Source: Octopus bimaculoides
Taxonomy: Eukaryota
Reading direction: 5' to 3'
Length of the DNA: 43,490 bases
Assembly (NCBI RefSeq): GCF_001194135.2
Contig: NC_069007.1
Location: forward strand, 329,491-372,980
Part shown: positions 11,482-23,902 of the stretch, piece after piece
Layout: each line of letters starts with the position of its first letter
Numbering within the stretch: the first letter of the stretch is position 1
Program-made: the position numbers and the translations under genes
Notes under the pieces: generated by a model
What the model saw: the letters and a program-made list of their open reading frames with translations, nothing else
What the model was told of the DNA's origin: nothing
Database searches by the model: none

Positions 11482-12231
11482 CATATGTATGTGTGTGTAT
11501 ATATATATGTGTGTNNNNNNNNNNNNNNNNNNNNNNNNNNNNNNNNNNNNNNNNNNNNNNNNNNNNNNNNNNNNNNNNNNNNNNNNNNNNNNNNNNNNNN
11601 NNNNNNNNNNNNNNATATATATACATTCATTCACACATAGATACATACGTATATGAAATATACGTTATACATATGTGTGTGTGTGTGTGTGTGTGCGTGT
11701 ATATGTGTAGGTGTGTGTGCATGTGTGTGCGCGCGCCTATGTATGTATGTCATACATTTGTGAAAATAGAATTAGATTACAATGAGAAATCAATAATAAT
11801 TGAATAAAGTGATTGACAGAACAATTGTAGGATGATACATATTTTAAAGCATAGAAATCATGTCGAGGACGAGGACGAGGGAGATGATGATGATGTGGAT
11901 GATGATGATGATCGTGATGTTGTTGGGGACGATAATGATGATGATTATGATGATGTCAATGATGATGCTGGTGGCGGATGTTTGTACCGATGATGGTGGA
12001 GACGGTGATGATATTGTTGTTCTTTTATTTAGGTGAACCTCCGTTCATAACTGGTACTTTATTTCATCTTGTCTAATACCTGGAAGGTAAAACGTGTCAT
12101 TAACGAGACAATTAGTTTGTGGAAAGAATTTTTGCAGAGAAAATTGCTTGGCAAGAAACGGTATTGGAACGTTGAGATATTTGAAAACTTTCACAGACCG
12201 TTGTTGTGGCATATTCACACGTAAGCGGTGA

Positions 12232-12353
<122 letters not shown>

Positions 12354-12536
12354 TATTTAAATCATGTGCCCCACCCATTTATGCGCATACGTCTTGTACA
12401 CATACACATACACACATAATTGACACGCCCATACTGACTCACACACCACACACACTCATAAACACAAACACACAAATGCTATAAGAAAGCAGATAACTAC
12501 TCATAAATACACATTAATTTAGAGAGAGAGACCATA

Positions 12537-12582
12537 CACAGATACGCAACACAGATACGCAACACAGATACGCAACACAGAC
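12537..12582. repeat. 13-bp minisatellite (acacagatacgca) x3.5
   Basis: Direct reading. Confidence 0.85.
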
Positions 12583-13147
12583 CTGCTAAATGTGGAAAAT
12601 CAAAGCCACACACAAAAGCGAGCAGGAGAATGTTGAGAGCATTAACAGAAGCAAATAAGAAATGCTAATTGAAGATTAATGCAATTTATCTTCGAGAAAC
12701 CGAATTAAATCAAAGACATTAGACTAGATCTTCGTCGGTGCTATCCGTATCTTTCTATACATGTTATTATAACGATCACCAATTGTATAGAATATAATTC
12801 TTGGCACAGAGTGTGAGCAATCTTGGAATCACTTGGTTTATTTCGTTTGAATTGTTTATCGAGGCTATTAGAATAAATAGCAAATGTTAAAATTTGTAAC
12901 AAACCAATGACTGGTTCGCTGCGTTTCTGACAACCAGGATGACAAGAGAATCTCTGCCGTCCGCCATACAGCAGACATCTTAATGGAAATTTGGTCGTAA
13001 AGCACCAGTTTCTCGGTTCTGCTGCTTCCGCCGATTTTCATAGATGTGTACTAATTAGCTGTTCGACTGTAATTGGAAAAGCGTACGTAAAAGTAAATAA
13101 TATAAACTTGTGACTATCGCGAGATGGTGTGTGTGTGTGTGTGTGTA

Positions 13148-13200
<53 letters not shown>

Positions 13201-13329
13201 TTCTCTTTCTCTCTCTCCCTCCCTCCCTCTCTCTCTCTCTATATATATATAATATAGATATACATACATGTATATATATGCTTACGTCCATGCATACATA
13301 CATATACATACGCCCATACAGGCATAGCT

Positions 13330-13681
13330 TTTATCTTTTACTTGCTTCAGTCGTTAGACTGCGCCCATGCTGGGGCAGAGTCTTGAATAACTTTTGGTCG
13401 AACGAATCGACACCAGGACTTATTTTAAACCTGGTACTTATGCTATACGACTCATTTGTTGAACCGCTAAGTTACGGGGGACGTTAATTAAACCAACACC
13501 GGTTGTCAGGTGGTGTAGAGGTGAAAAAACACATATACGTGCCCACACACACTAACACACACAAACACTCACAAACACACACATACAAATATATGTTCGA
13601 CAGGCTTCTTTCAGTTGCCGTCTACCAAATTATTCACAAGGTATTGGTCGGCCCGAGGTTATAGTAAAAACACTTGCTCAA
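13330..13681 (-). mobile_element. SINE family A lacking its head
   Basis: gaaccgctaagttacggggg, aggcttctttcagttgccgtctacc and ttggtcggcccgagg are reverse complements of family A. Confidence 0.85.
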
Positions 13682-13730
13682 TTATGGAAACCATGGAAGC
13701 GGTGCTGATAATGATGCTTTCAAATTATGG

Positions 13731-13929
13731 CACAAGGCCAGCAAGCACGCGGGAGAGGATAAGTTGATTACATCGACACCAGTACTCAACTGGTACTTAT
13801 TTTATCGATCGTAGGAGGATGAAAAGCTAAGTCGATCTCGGCGGAATTTGAACTTAGAACATATAGACGGGCAGAATGCTGTCTGAGTGTTTTGGTCATC
13901 TTGCTAAAGATTCTGCCAGTTCGCTGCCT
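13731..13929 (-). mobile_element. tRNA-derived SINE, family B
   Basis: Minus-strand head ggcagcgaactggcagaatc..., B-box gttctaagttcaaattccgcc, body aactggtactta. Confidence 0.8.
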
Positions 13930-14447
13930 GAATGGTGATAATATATTGATGAGAATGGTGTAAGTGTTGTGAAGGTGGTAGTGGTGGTGACGTTTGCAAT
14001 AGCACTGTTGAAGTTTGTGATAACGGTGGTGGTGGCATTGGTGTTGATAAAGTTTTTTCTGTTGCGTTTGCTGTTCCTACACGGTCTCTCCACACAACAT
14101 TGAGCATGGACGGTGACCGTTGAAGTAATGTTGTTCTTGTGGTTGCCGTTGTTTTTGTTGGAGGTGTACCTAACTCACCCTCGTTTACTATCAAATGGTA
14201 AACGATAGGCGCCGTGTTGTTCTTATTTTGGAAATTTCAAACTAAAAATGCAAATCAAAACAACCACAGCTTAAAGAGGGTTAAAAAAAAGAAGCCGAAC
14301 GCCCTTGGTCGGTGTCGCAACAAGAACAAGAACAAGAAGACGAGAGTAATTTAAGGAAAACATCACAAACAAATGGAAATAAAGCATAATCTTCAGGAGA
14401 AAAACCTCAAACAGCGATGGAAACGCGTTGTATGTAACCAAAAGCAA

Positions 14448-14620
14448 ATGATGATGATGATGATGATGATGATAGTGATGGTGATGGTGATGATGGTGAT
14501 GGTGATGATTATGATGATGAAGATGATGTTGATGGTGATGGTGATGGTGATGATGATGATTTTATTTATTTTCCAGCAGGGTGACGGATGAGGTGGACGA
14601 TTCTATTTGTCATTCCATTC

Positions 14621-14676
<56 letters not shown>
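14448..14676. repeat. (GAT/GGT)n and (TAA)n microsatellites
   Basis: Direct reading; source of the poly-Met and poly-Ile ORFs. Confidence 0.9.
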
Positions 14677-14677
<1 letters not shown>

Positions 14678-15761
14678 TCGCTAAATACTGCAATGAGCAT
14701 CAAACCAAGCGGCGATATATTAGGGAGCCATTATACATTTTCTGTCTCCTCTGAAGAATACAGATCTGTCCCTTTTTTTTTTTTTTTTTTACAAATGCTG
14801 AGAGAGAAACTTATAGTGGCATCATTATTGATTAACTTCACATTAGAATTGTTTGTTTTGCTGTGATTGTTGTTGTTCTGTTGTTTTGCTTATGTTTTTC
14901 ATGCCCGTTTCTTTGCTGCAGAGTATTTTAACCGACTGATCTGTGACCTGGAGCAATGAAAATCCTTTGATTAAGGTTAAATCACCGAGACAGATTTTCG
15001 GGCAGACATTTTGCAAGTCNNNNNNNNNNNNNNNNNNNNNNNNNNNNNNNNNNNNNNNNNNNNNNNNNNNNNNNNNNNNNNNNNNNNNNNNNNNNNNNNN
15101 NNNNNNNNNNNNNNNNNNNNNNNNNNNNNNNNNNNNNNNNNNNNNNNNNNNNNNNNNNNNNNNNNNNNNNNNNNNNNNNNNNNNNNNNNNNNNNNNNNNN
15201 NNNNNNNNNNNNNNNNNNNNNNNNNNNNNNNNNNNNNNNNNNNNNNNNNNNNNNNNNNNNNNNNNNNNNNNNNNNNNNNNNNNNNNNNNNNNNNNNNNNN
15301 NNNNNNNNNNNNNNNNNNNNNNNNNNNNNNNNNNNNNNNNNNNNNNNNNNNNNNNNNNNNNNNNNNNNNNNNNNNNNNNNNNNNNNNNNNNNNNNNNNNN
15401 NNNNNNNNNNNNNNNNNNNNNNNNNNNNNNNNNNNNNNNNNNNNNNNNNNNNNNNNNNNNNNNNNNNNNNNNNNNNNNNNNNNNNNNNNNNNNNNNNNNN
15501 NNNNNNNNNNNNNNNNNNNNNNNNNNNNNNNNNNNNNNNNNNNNNNNNNNNNNNNNNNNNNNNNNNNNNNNNNNNNNNNNNNNNNNNNNNNNNNNNNNNN
15601 NNNNNNNNNNNNNNNNNNNNNNNNNNNNNNNNNNNNNNNNNNNNNNNNNNNNNNNNNNNNNNNNNNNNNNNNNNNNNNNNNNNNNNNNNNNNNNNNNNNN
15701 NNNNNNNNNNNNNNNNNNNNNNNNNNNNNNNNNNNNNNNNNNNNNNNNNNNNNNNNNNNNN

Positions 15762-15809
<48 letters not shown>

Positions 15810-16029
15810 TTGTCTGTACATGTACGCACATATATGATGCAAATATCTGACCTTTCTTTGTCTTTGCAATCCTCACCATACATTTCCATCTCATGAAACG
15901 ACTCTACAATCATATACTAAGCACTTAGTACAGACTCATCAGCATATCTATCTATCTATGTATCTGTCTGTCTATCTGTTTTTGTCTTTTTCTCTTCCAG
16001 TCTGCCTGAGTGGTCAGACCAAAGGTGGT

Positions 16030-16080
16030 CTTCTAGCATGATGGATGTCCACTTACTGGTCATCCTTCTTATATGTATGT
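16030..16080 (-). repeat. Family P fragment
   Basis: ctagcatgatggatgtccacttactggtcatccttcttata matches the right arm at 3729-3770. Confidence 0.7.
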
Positions 16081-16155
16081 AATATAAAACTGAAGAGGAA
16101 ACAAAATCACAAAGAAAGAAAAGGAGTGAACAGAGAGAGAGAGAGAGAGAGAGAG

Positions 16156-16194
<39 letters not shown>

Positions 16195-16299
16195 GAGGGA
16201 GAGAGAGAAAGAAAGTGGAGACAAAAGAGGACGAGTTGCTGAAGAGAAATAGATTTGTGTGTGTACATGTGAACGTATGTCTTAATGGCTATGTTTGTC

Positions 16300-16445
16300 A
16301 CCATCACTATTTGACAGCCGGTGTTGGTTTATTTGCAACCAAACTTTAAAAAAACGTAAGTTCTGGTGTCAGTTTTTCACCACAGTCTCCTCAAGGCAGT
16401 GCCCCAGCATGGTCGCGGCCTAGTGATTGAAACTAGCAAAAGGAA
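16300..16445 (+). mobile_element. SINE family A, diverged 3' fragment
   Basis: ttgacagccggtgttggt...ccccagcatggtcgc...gattgaaac. Confidence 0.65.
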
Positions 16446-17247
16446 AATGATTGAGTCTGTATGCATGTATGTATGTATCTCTCTCTCTCTCCCTATCTAT
16501 GGGAAGAAGGAGAGAGTTATTGAGAGGTTAGTTGCGAAACAATAAGTGATGTGTGTGTGTGTGTGTGTGTGTGTATACTGAAATAAAAAGAAAGTGAGAG
16601 AGCGCGAATTGAAGGCGTATATGTGCGTGCGTGTGAATGAGTGTGTGTGTACGTATGTCTAATTGTAAGGAAATATTTACCAGAGGCAAGAGAGAATTCC
16701 TCAACGTTGTTCAATCTCAGGAAAGAGAGAAAGACGGAAAGAGAGGGAAAGAGAGAGAGGAAGAAAAAGAGAGACAGATGGAGGGGAGACAATGAGAGAA
16801 AGAAAAGGAGAGAGAGAGAGAGAGAGGGGGGGGTGAGAGAACAGTGCTGCAGGCTTGGATCATTCTAACCTCCTGCCAAGTTTAATAGACGTCTTAGAAA
16901 GACTTGGAAAAAAAAAATTCTACAAATTGTTTNNNNNNNNNNNNNNNNNNNNNNNNNNNNNNNNNNNNNNNNNNNNNNNNNNNNNNNNNNNNNNNNNNNN
17001 NNNNNNNNNNNNNNNNNNNNNNNNNNNNNNNNNNNNNNNNNNNNNNNNNNNNNNNNNNNNNNNNNNNNNNNNNNNNNNNNNNNNNNNNNNNNNNNNNNNN
17101 NNNNNNNNNNNNNNNNNNNNNNNNNNNNNNNNNNNNNNNNNNNNNNNNNNNNNNNNNNNNNNNNNNNNNNNNNNNNNNNNNNNNNNNNNNNNNNNNNNNN
17201 NNNNNNNNNNNNNNNNNNNNNNNNNNNNNNNNNNNNNNNNNNNNNNN

Positions 17248-17278
<31 letters not shown>

Positions 17279-17483
17279 CACATAATATTCATTTATATAT
17301 GAATATAAATATGTTTAAATCAGATACAAGCATAGACACACACATATATACATACATTTTGTTGCCATTTTGAAAACATTTTTCTATGTGACCTTATGTT
17401 GAAACAAATATTGAAGTTGTTAAGGAAGGTGATGCTGTCAAGAATGACAAACACACATGTTGTAGTTGACTTCAATTTCATTG

Positions 17484-17640
17484 TTAATTAATTAAGTAAT
17501 TAATTAATAATTGGTTTGTCAAAAATTTCCGCCACACATCTGTGACCTTATCAATACTCTCGTCTTTTGTGAAAACATTCGAGATGGATGGCGGAAGTCT
17601 TTGACACATCAATCAATAAATTAATTACTTAACTAGTTAA
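17484..17640. repeat. Foldback element with ~58-bp imperfect arms and a 40-bp spacer
   Basis: ttaagtaattaatt..tgtcaaaaatttccgccacacatct versus agatggatggcggaagtctttgaca..aattaattacttaa. Confidence 0.75.
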
Positions 17641-17959
17641 TTAGCAATTAAGAAGTCTATTAAATATAATCAATTAGTATCTGTGTTAATTTTTGGGGAA
17701 GAATGACTCTTCTGCACACACACAAACACACACACACACAGAGACACACATATGTATATATATATATATATATTGAGAGAGAGAGAGAGAGAGAGAGGAA
17801 TAGATAGATAAATAGATATAATGGACTCTCCCGTCGTATGAGGGTTCGACAATTTTTTACTGAACAACCATACAGATGATTTGTTTATAGTGATCAAATG
17901 TTTCTGTAGACATAAGCTCACTCCCTTCATCAAATCGACATTACCTGTACAGGTGCAAC

Positions 17960-18113
17960 TAGACGTCACATCTCAGATGTCGAAATGATCGTAGAGTAAC
18001 GTGAAATGAAGTATTTTGCTCAAAAACATGACGCAGCGCCTGATCTGGGAATCGAACCCACGATCTCGCAATCGTGAGTGCAACGCCCTAACCACTGAGC
18101 CATGCGCCTTTAC
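17960..18113 (-). mobile_element. SINE family C
   Basis: gggaatcgaacccacgatctcgcaatcgtgagtgcaacgccctaaccactgagccatgcgcc is the reverse complement of a tRNA-like head. Confidence 0.8.
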
Positions 18114-18566
18114 AACTGATATATATATATATAGATTAAATTCAAATTACGACAAACGTAAATAAACAAACGAAGTTTGCTTTAGAAGCGTTGAGATGTC
18201 TTAGAAAGTTAAAGAAGTGATTTTAAATTCTCAATCGCAGAATAATGCTAATAATATAGCCTGAACAGGATAAACTACCCCTATTTTGCAGAGAAAAGTG
18301 TAGGTGGCTATATATATGTAAACATTGTAGGTGTGAGCAGAAGAGAAGACATCAGAAAGAGAGCAGACGGAGCTGAGATGGCATCAGATAGCTACGGCTG
18401 AAAAGAAGTGGTCGGAGGTGGAGAGGAATCAGTAGAATAGCGCTGAAACACAAACTTCATCCAGCTAAGTTGGGTTGCATGGATGAGGACGTATGCTGTA
18501 AGATCTTAAACCCTTAGTGAGCCCAAGGTACAGCACTGACGATGGGTCAAAGTATTGTTTCTGCAG

Positions 18567-18778
18567 ATGCATATTGAACTCTTGGCGCCTCGGGTCACAT
18601 GAAGCCGGTTTAAACAACAACAACACAGCCAAGTATTCGTACATCCTTGATAAAGATCTATTGTCATGGATAACCAAGCGCCTTAATCTGAGTGACGCGG
18701 TGTTCAAAGAATTAATGGGTGATTCCAAGACCAGATTTCTCTGCTTGTCCACCAGATCTGAATCAATGGAATTTTACG
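18567..18778 (+). CDS. Internal coding exon (212 nt, phase 2 to 1) of an unidentified gene
   Basis: Acceptor tattgtttctgcag|, donor TACG|gtaagc; only one open frame: CILNSWRLGSHEAGLNNNNTAKYSYILDKDLLSWITKRLNLSDAVFKELMGDSKTRFLCLSTRSESMEFY; non-repetitive sequence. Confidence 0.6.
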
Positions 18779-19424
18779 GTAAGCAGCACGACTACCTGAA
18801 ATGTGTTGTCAGGAAGGATTTTAGGTCTGTCGACATGACGCAGAGCGTACCTCAGTCTTTCATATCCATATTCTTCCAATAACATTTAATGATGAACAGA
18901 TTGACTAAGATACTATTTTATGTTAGGAAACATCAACGTCCTATGTTTCATTCGTCTATCTTTCCATTTATTTCCGGTTTTGAAACCTTATAATACTCTC
19001 AACGTAGCCAACTGATATTGTTTGAAGATAGTATTTATTTTAAGGAAATTAAACTCTTTAGGTAAGAATTCACTAAAAAAGGTGCTCAATACATGTGTAA
19101 GGTCTGAAGATTTCATTATACAGAAATATAAAGTGTATATGACTTCCGCAGTTCACCCGCATCGTATCATTTGACGAATTGCTCCGGAGTAATCATTCTG
19201 TACTTCTGCCTAACCCTAACCCTCCACACAAACATACACACATCTATGTACACACATATATATTCATTCATAGTCACACGAAAGCACACACGTACACACA
19301 TATATCATGTATATATGCATATACATAACACACACACACACACACACACACATATATGTATATATATGCATATATGCAATATATGTACACATACATGCAT
19401 TTCTAAACTTGTGTGTGTTTAAGT

Positions 19425-19597
19425 TAATTATTCTAAGTATTTAATTTTAATTAATTCCAATGAATTCTTTAATAAAACAAAACAAGTGAATAAAGAAAGA
19501 ACGAATAAGTAAGTTAAAATCGATGCCAACGCGTGAAATCTAACCTCATTACCATTGCAATGAATTAATTAAAAATTCATTCTCTTAGAAATAATGA
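19425..19597. repeat. AT-rich foldback with ~38-bp imperfect arms
   Basis: attattctaag..ttttaattaattc versus gaattaattaaaa..cttagaaataat. Confidence 0.55.
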
Positions 19598-19645
19598 ATA
19601 CACACACACACACACACACGTGTGTGTGTGTATATGTGTGTGTAA

Positions 19646-19730
19646 ATATATATGCGTACGGATGCATATACAGCTATATACATACATATATATGCGTACG
19701 GATGCATATACAGCTATATACATACATATA
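19646..19730. repeat. 40-bp tandem duplication
   Basis: tatgcgtacggatgcatatacagctatatacataca at 19651 and 19691. Confidence 0.9.
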
Positions 19731-20588
19731 TATATATATTTGCTATTAAATCTTAATTTCAAAATTCTTACGTTCTGCTTTTTATCTCAAAACGGTTGCA
19801 TTTATTGCTATTGCTTTTGATTCTACTGCTGCGAATCCTCCTCCTCCAACTACTACTACTACTACTACTGCTACTGCTGCTTCTGCAACTAGCCTCCAAT
19901 GAAATTAAAGGAAATCAACTTTTTAGAAGATGCTATTGAGTAGAATAACAGCGAAAACAAAAAATAAGATTAAAATATAAAAATAAATACTCGTAGTTAA
20001 AAATATAAAAAATTAATAAAAAATTCAAAAAAAGCTCCATGAATCTGCTAAACCTCTCTCTATCATTGCATATGGACTGCAAACCCACTTCTAAGAGTGA
20101 TTCGTTTTTGCTCAATTGTGTGTGTGTGTGTGTGTGTATTTGTTGTGGAAGATCTTTGCAAACAGCAGAACGAAACAAAGAAATAATTATTTGTAAGAAA
20201 ATATCAATGGTTGGGTGATTTATTATTCGATTAACTGGTAGGGGTGGCAGGGTCATGATTAAATGTAATTGTTTTAATATATCCAATAAACTTAGTGGCG
20301 GCGTCAGTGGCTGTGGTAGCCGTGGTGGTGGTGATGGTGGTGGTGGATTGAACGATTCGATAGCAATATCGGACACATGGACTTTGCTTATCTTTTATTT
20401 ATTAGCACCTTGTTATATTCACGGTTTCGAATCTCACCGAGGACGGCTGTCATTACCGTTCACAATGCCAAGGTCAGTAGACAAGACCTCCCCTTGTATC
20501 GATATCGATCTGACTGTAACCACTGCTGTCCTCTTTGAGAAACCAATGGAGGATTCGGAGTAGAAATGTTATTGAAACAAACAAAATG

Positions 20589-20899
20589 CCGTGTGGTATT
20601 TATATCGAATCTTACGTTCTGAGTTCAAATATCGCCGGAGTCACTTTGTATTGTTATGTTTCCGGAGTCGGGTTACATGGTATCTAATCCGCCCCACCTC
20701 GTAAAATATCGGGCCAAGAACGGGAAGATTCGCCAGAACGCCAAGAAAAATACCTTGCAGTAATTGTTCCCTCTCGCAAATGCCACTGAATTCATCTTTT
20801 CGTGATCGATAAAATAAGTACCAGTTGCGTACTGGGGTCAATGTAATTAACTCGCCCATTCCTCACAAAATTGAAGGCTTTGTGCCTATTGTAGAAAGA

Positions 20900-20900
<1 letters not shown>
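20589..20900 (+). mobile_element. SINE family B interrupted by a 142-bp insertion (20649-20790)
   Basis: ttacgttctgagttcaaat..gtcactttg | insert | ttcatcttttcgtgatcgataaaataagtaccagttgcgtactggggtc. Confidence 0.8.
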
Positions 20901-20937
<37 letters not shown>

Positions 20938-20970
20938 AATTATTATTATTATTGCTATTATTATTATTAA
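20900..20970. repeat. (ATT)n microsatellite between the SINE tail and the LINE tail
   Basis: Direct reading. Confidence 0.95.
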
Positions 20971-20999
20971 TCATCATCATCATCATGATCCTTATTATT

Positions 21000-21360
21000 A
21001 TTTGATGAAAACTTTCAACTTATTTTGCTGGGAAATGAATTGAAAGTGTCAAATGTCCACTAAGGTGACACTTGTTTACTGAAAACTCTTACAGTTCCAA
21101 GCAATGATGATGTTTGTAGGATTTCTATCGTTACATTCGTACCAATCTCTTGGAATCCTGTTGGTAACTGAGTGCTGATACTTCCAAGTACGTCAATTAC
21201 AACAGGTTTCACGTCTGCTCTCTTCATTGTCAACAACCAACGTATTTCCCAATTCAAATCGTCATAATTGCTCAGTTTTTCTTTTTCTCTTTTCGATTCT
21301 GTGTTCACTGGTGCATGCAAGTTTGTTTTTGTTCATTCAACAGTGTCAGGTTTCCGATGT
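21000..21360 (-). pseudogene. R4/Dong-type non-LTR retrotransposon 3' end (restriction-like endonuclease domain), copy 1
   Basis: HRKPD...REKEKLSNYDDLNWEIRWLLTMKRADVKPVVIDVLG...LQTSSLLGTVRVFSK matches the RPD..K..KY.DL..EI...W...PVVIGALG..LQ...LLGTA.I pattern. Confidence 0.75.
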
Positions 21361-21384
21361 CACACTGAATAATTATATCCTACA

Positions 21385-21704
21385 TTGTTATTATTAATAT
21401 TATTTTTCTTTTTATCACAGATTTTGTTGGAACTCCTGGAGTCTTACATGCATTGTGGGCTTGCTGCCTGGAGCCTACGGTACCATGGTATCCATTCTTT
21501 TCAGCTATCTGATACTCTCCTGATTATTCTGGCCCTGCCAAGGCCGCAAACCGTTTGTAACAGTTCTGCTGGGCACTCTATTCTGATTTTCTGTATATGT
21601 TCTTCCAGATGTCTTCTGGTACAGTCCGCAAGGACCAACTTCATTTTCCATAGCCAGACTATTTCGTACTTAGGAGAATTATATATATATATATATATTT
21701 TCAA
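21385..21704 (-). pseudogene. R4/Dong-type LINE 3' end, copy 2
   Basis: KYEIVWLWKMK...IECPAELLQTVCGLGRARIIRRV, followed by an AAT-rich tail near 21385-21400. Confidence 0.65.
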
Positions 21705-22021
21705 CTACCTTCTTGACTATTCGTGGGCAAAAGGGGCACACAGCATCATTTATACAGCACATGCAGTACATCTTGTTGACCGCCACTAGGTCTGTAAATT
21801 ATACGGGATGGTAACGGCTGGAACGCCTTTCATAATAGCTCAGCAAAATGAAACTCGACAAAAGGTTAAATGACAACAACAATTATTTTGGAACTTTGCT
21901 GTCGGTGATCAAGCATACGAACCACAGGACACGGATGATCGCCCCCCCCCCCACTCCGCAGTCTGACTGAATCACAATTTATTTAGTCGCTATTATTTGC
22001 AATGGTTTCTTCTCTCACAAG

Positions 22022-22039
22022 AGTTTGGTTACCTGAAGG
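22022..22039 (+). CDS. Candidate 18-nt symmetric (phase 1-1) microexon
   Basis: ggtttcttctctcacaag|AGTTTGGTTACCTGAAGG|gtaagt; in frame after the 18778 donor it adds EFGYLK. Confidence 0.3.
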
Positions 22040-22204
22040 GTAAGTTGATTTCTCAGGAGGGGCATGGCTGGCGGGTTGAGAGAATTTTGCGAAAATGGAA
22101 AATGAAGTTTAGCGAAAGCGAAAGCAAAATCTCTTGAGAAACTGTCTCCCAACACATCTCCATTCCACACCGAAATCTTGCCTTAAGAAACATTAAGTAT
22201 GAAC

Positions 22205-22230
22205 ATGTGTATACATACATGCATACATAG

Positions 22231-22267
<37 letters not shown>

Positions 22268-22390
22268 CATATACATACACACACATATTTATACATACAT
22301 ATACATACATACATATCTATATATATATATATATATATATACATACATACATATATATACATACATACATACATACATACATATACATAC

Positions 22391-22471
<81 letters not shown>

Positions 22472-22685
22472 CATATATATACATACATATATATATATAC
22501 ATATATATACATACATATATATATATACATATATATACATACATACATACATATATATATACACATACATACATATATANNNNNNNNNNNNNNNNNNNNN
22601 NNNNNNNNNNNNNNNNNNNNNNNNNNNNNNNNNNNNNNNNNNNNNNNNNNNNNNNNNNNNNNNNNNNNNNNNNNNNNNNNNNNNN

Positions 22686-22737
<52 letters not shown>
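22205..22737. repeat. Compound (TA)n/(TACA)n microsatellite with an N-gap
   Basis: Direct reading. Confidence 0.95.
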
Positions 22738-23902
22738 TGATATTAGAGAATGTGATGAGAAATGGCAGAAACGAACGAATAAAAGAAAGACTGATTAGTA
22801 TTAAGAAGCCACTTAGGCAGCCATCAAAGACATTTAGCATATCCAGGTGTTGTTATTGGTGTTGTTGTTGGTGTTGTTGATGTTCTTCATAACGTGCGTT
22901 GTCATCGTTGTTGTTGTTGTTGTTGTTGTTGGTTGTTTTTGTTTTTCAAGATAGGTTTCCAGATCAATTTTTTTTCTTCAAATAAAATTTCTGCTTGGGA
23001 TTTCAGTTAACTTCCTTTTTGTCTCATTATAGTGAAATGAAATTTATAAAAATGCCGGAGAAGGATAATTGGAAAGAAAGAAGGAAAGAAAAAACACCAG
23101 AAACCGGCAACAGTAACAACTACAACAAAAACAAACAAGCAAACCCTACAAGCAAAAGTCTGTAGCGTGCTTTGTCAGAAGGAACGGTGGCATTTCAGAT
23201 GGAAATTCATTTGTCACAAAATAATATTTCAAATTCTTATTTTTACTCTGGGAACACAAGGTTTCTTTAAGCATTTAGAAAGTATCTGAACTAACAAACA
23301 TAGAAGACGCACACACATGTTTTCTTACACACACACACACAAACACACACACGTAAGTATACTGCAAAAATAGTGACATACGAATACGAAGAAATAAAAA
23401 CTGAAATCAGTGAATCTGGTCTTAAGGTAGTTATGTACGCAAGGAAATCTATTTGTTTTTCGATACCTATTCTTGGGTAAAAGTAAAACGGTGACGAATT
23501 GCTTGAGGATTTCATAGAATCAAACTAAGTTATGGAAATGTATATTTTGGATCTTGCATAATATATTTTTTACATATTGGTAAGGTTTATGCATCGACTT
23601 CGCCCTTTTCCTTTCCCACAATATAAAAGATCATTAATTAGAAGAATCTAGACAAGACAGAGTACAAAAAAAAAAAAAAAAAATTTAGTGGAAGCTTTTA
23701 CAGTTCTTTGCTAATTATTGTATCAGTAAATGTCTGCTTATTAACTTCATTGAACGAAGGAATTAGATTTGCGCATAGTGAAAACCTAAAAGAATTAGCA
23801 TTATTTTATTTAAATAAGAACCCTAATCTCTCACTCACCAAATTCTTAACATTAAAATATATATTTCCTTAATCTTTTCAGCTGATGTCTCTCATTATTA
23901 TA

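Noticed and set aside
12938-12996. Phase 0 to 2 candidate exon DDKRISAVRHTADILMEIWS
   Set aside because: The donor is weak (TC|gtaaag), and the phase match to 18567 has a one-in-three chance of being accidental.
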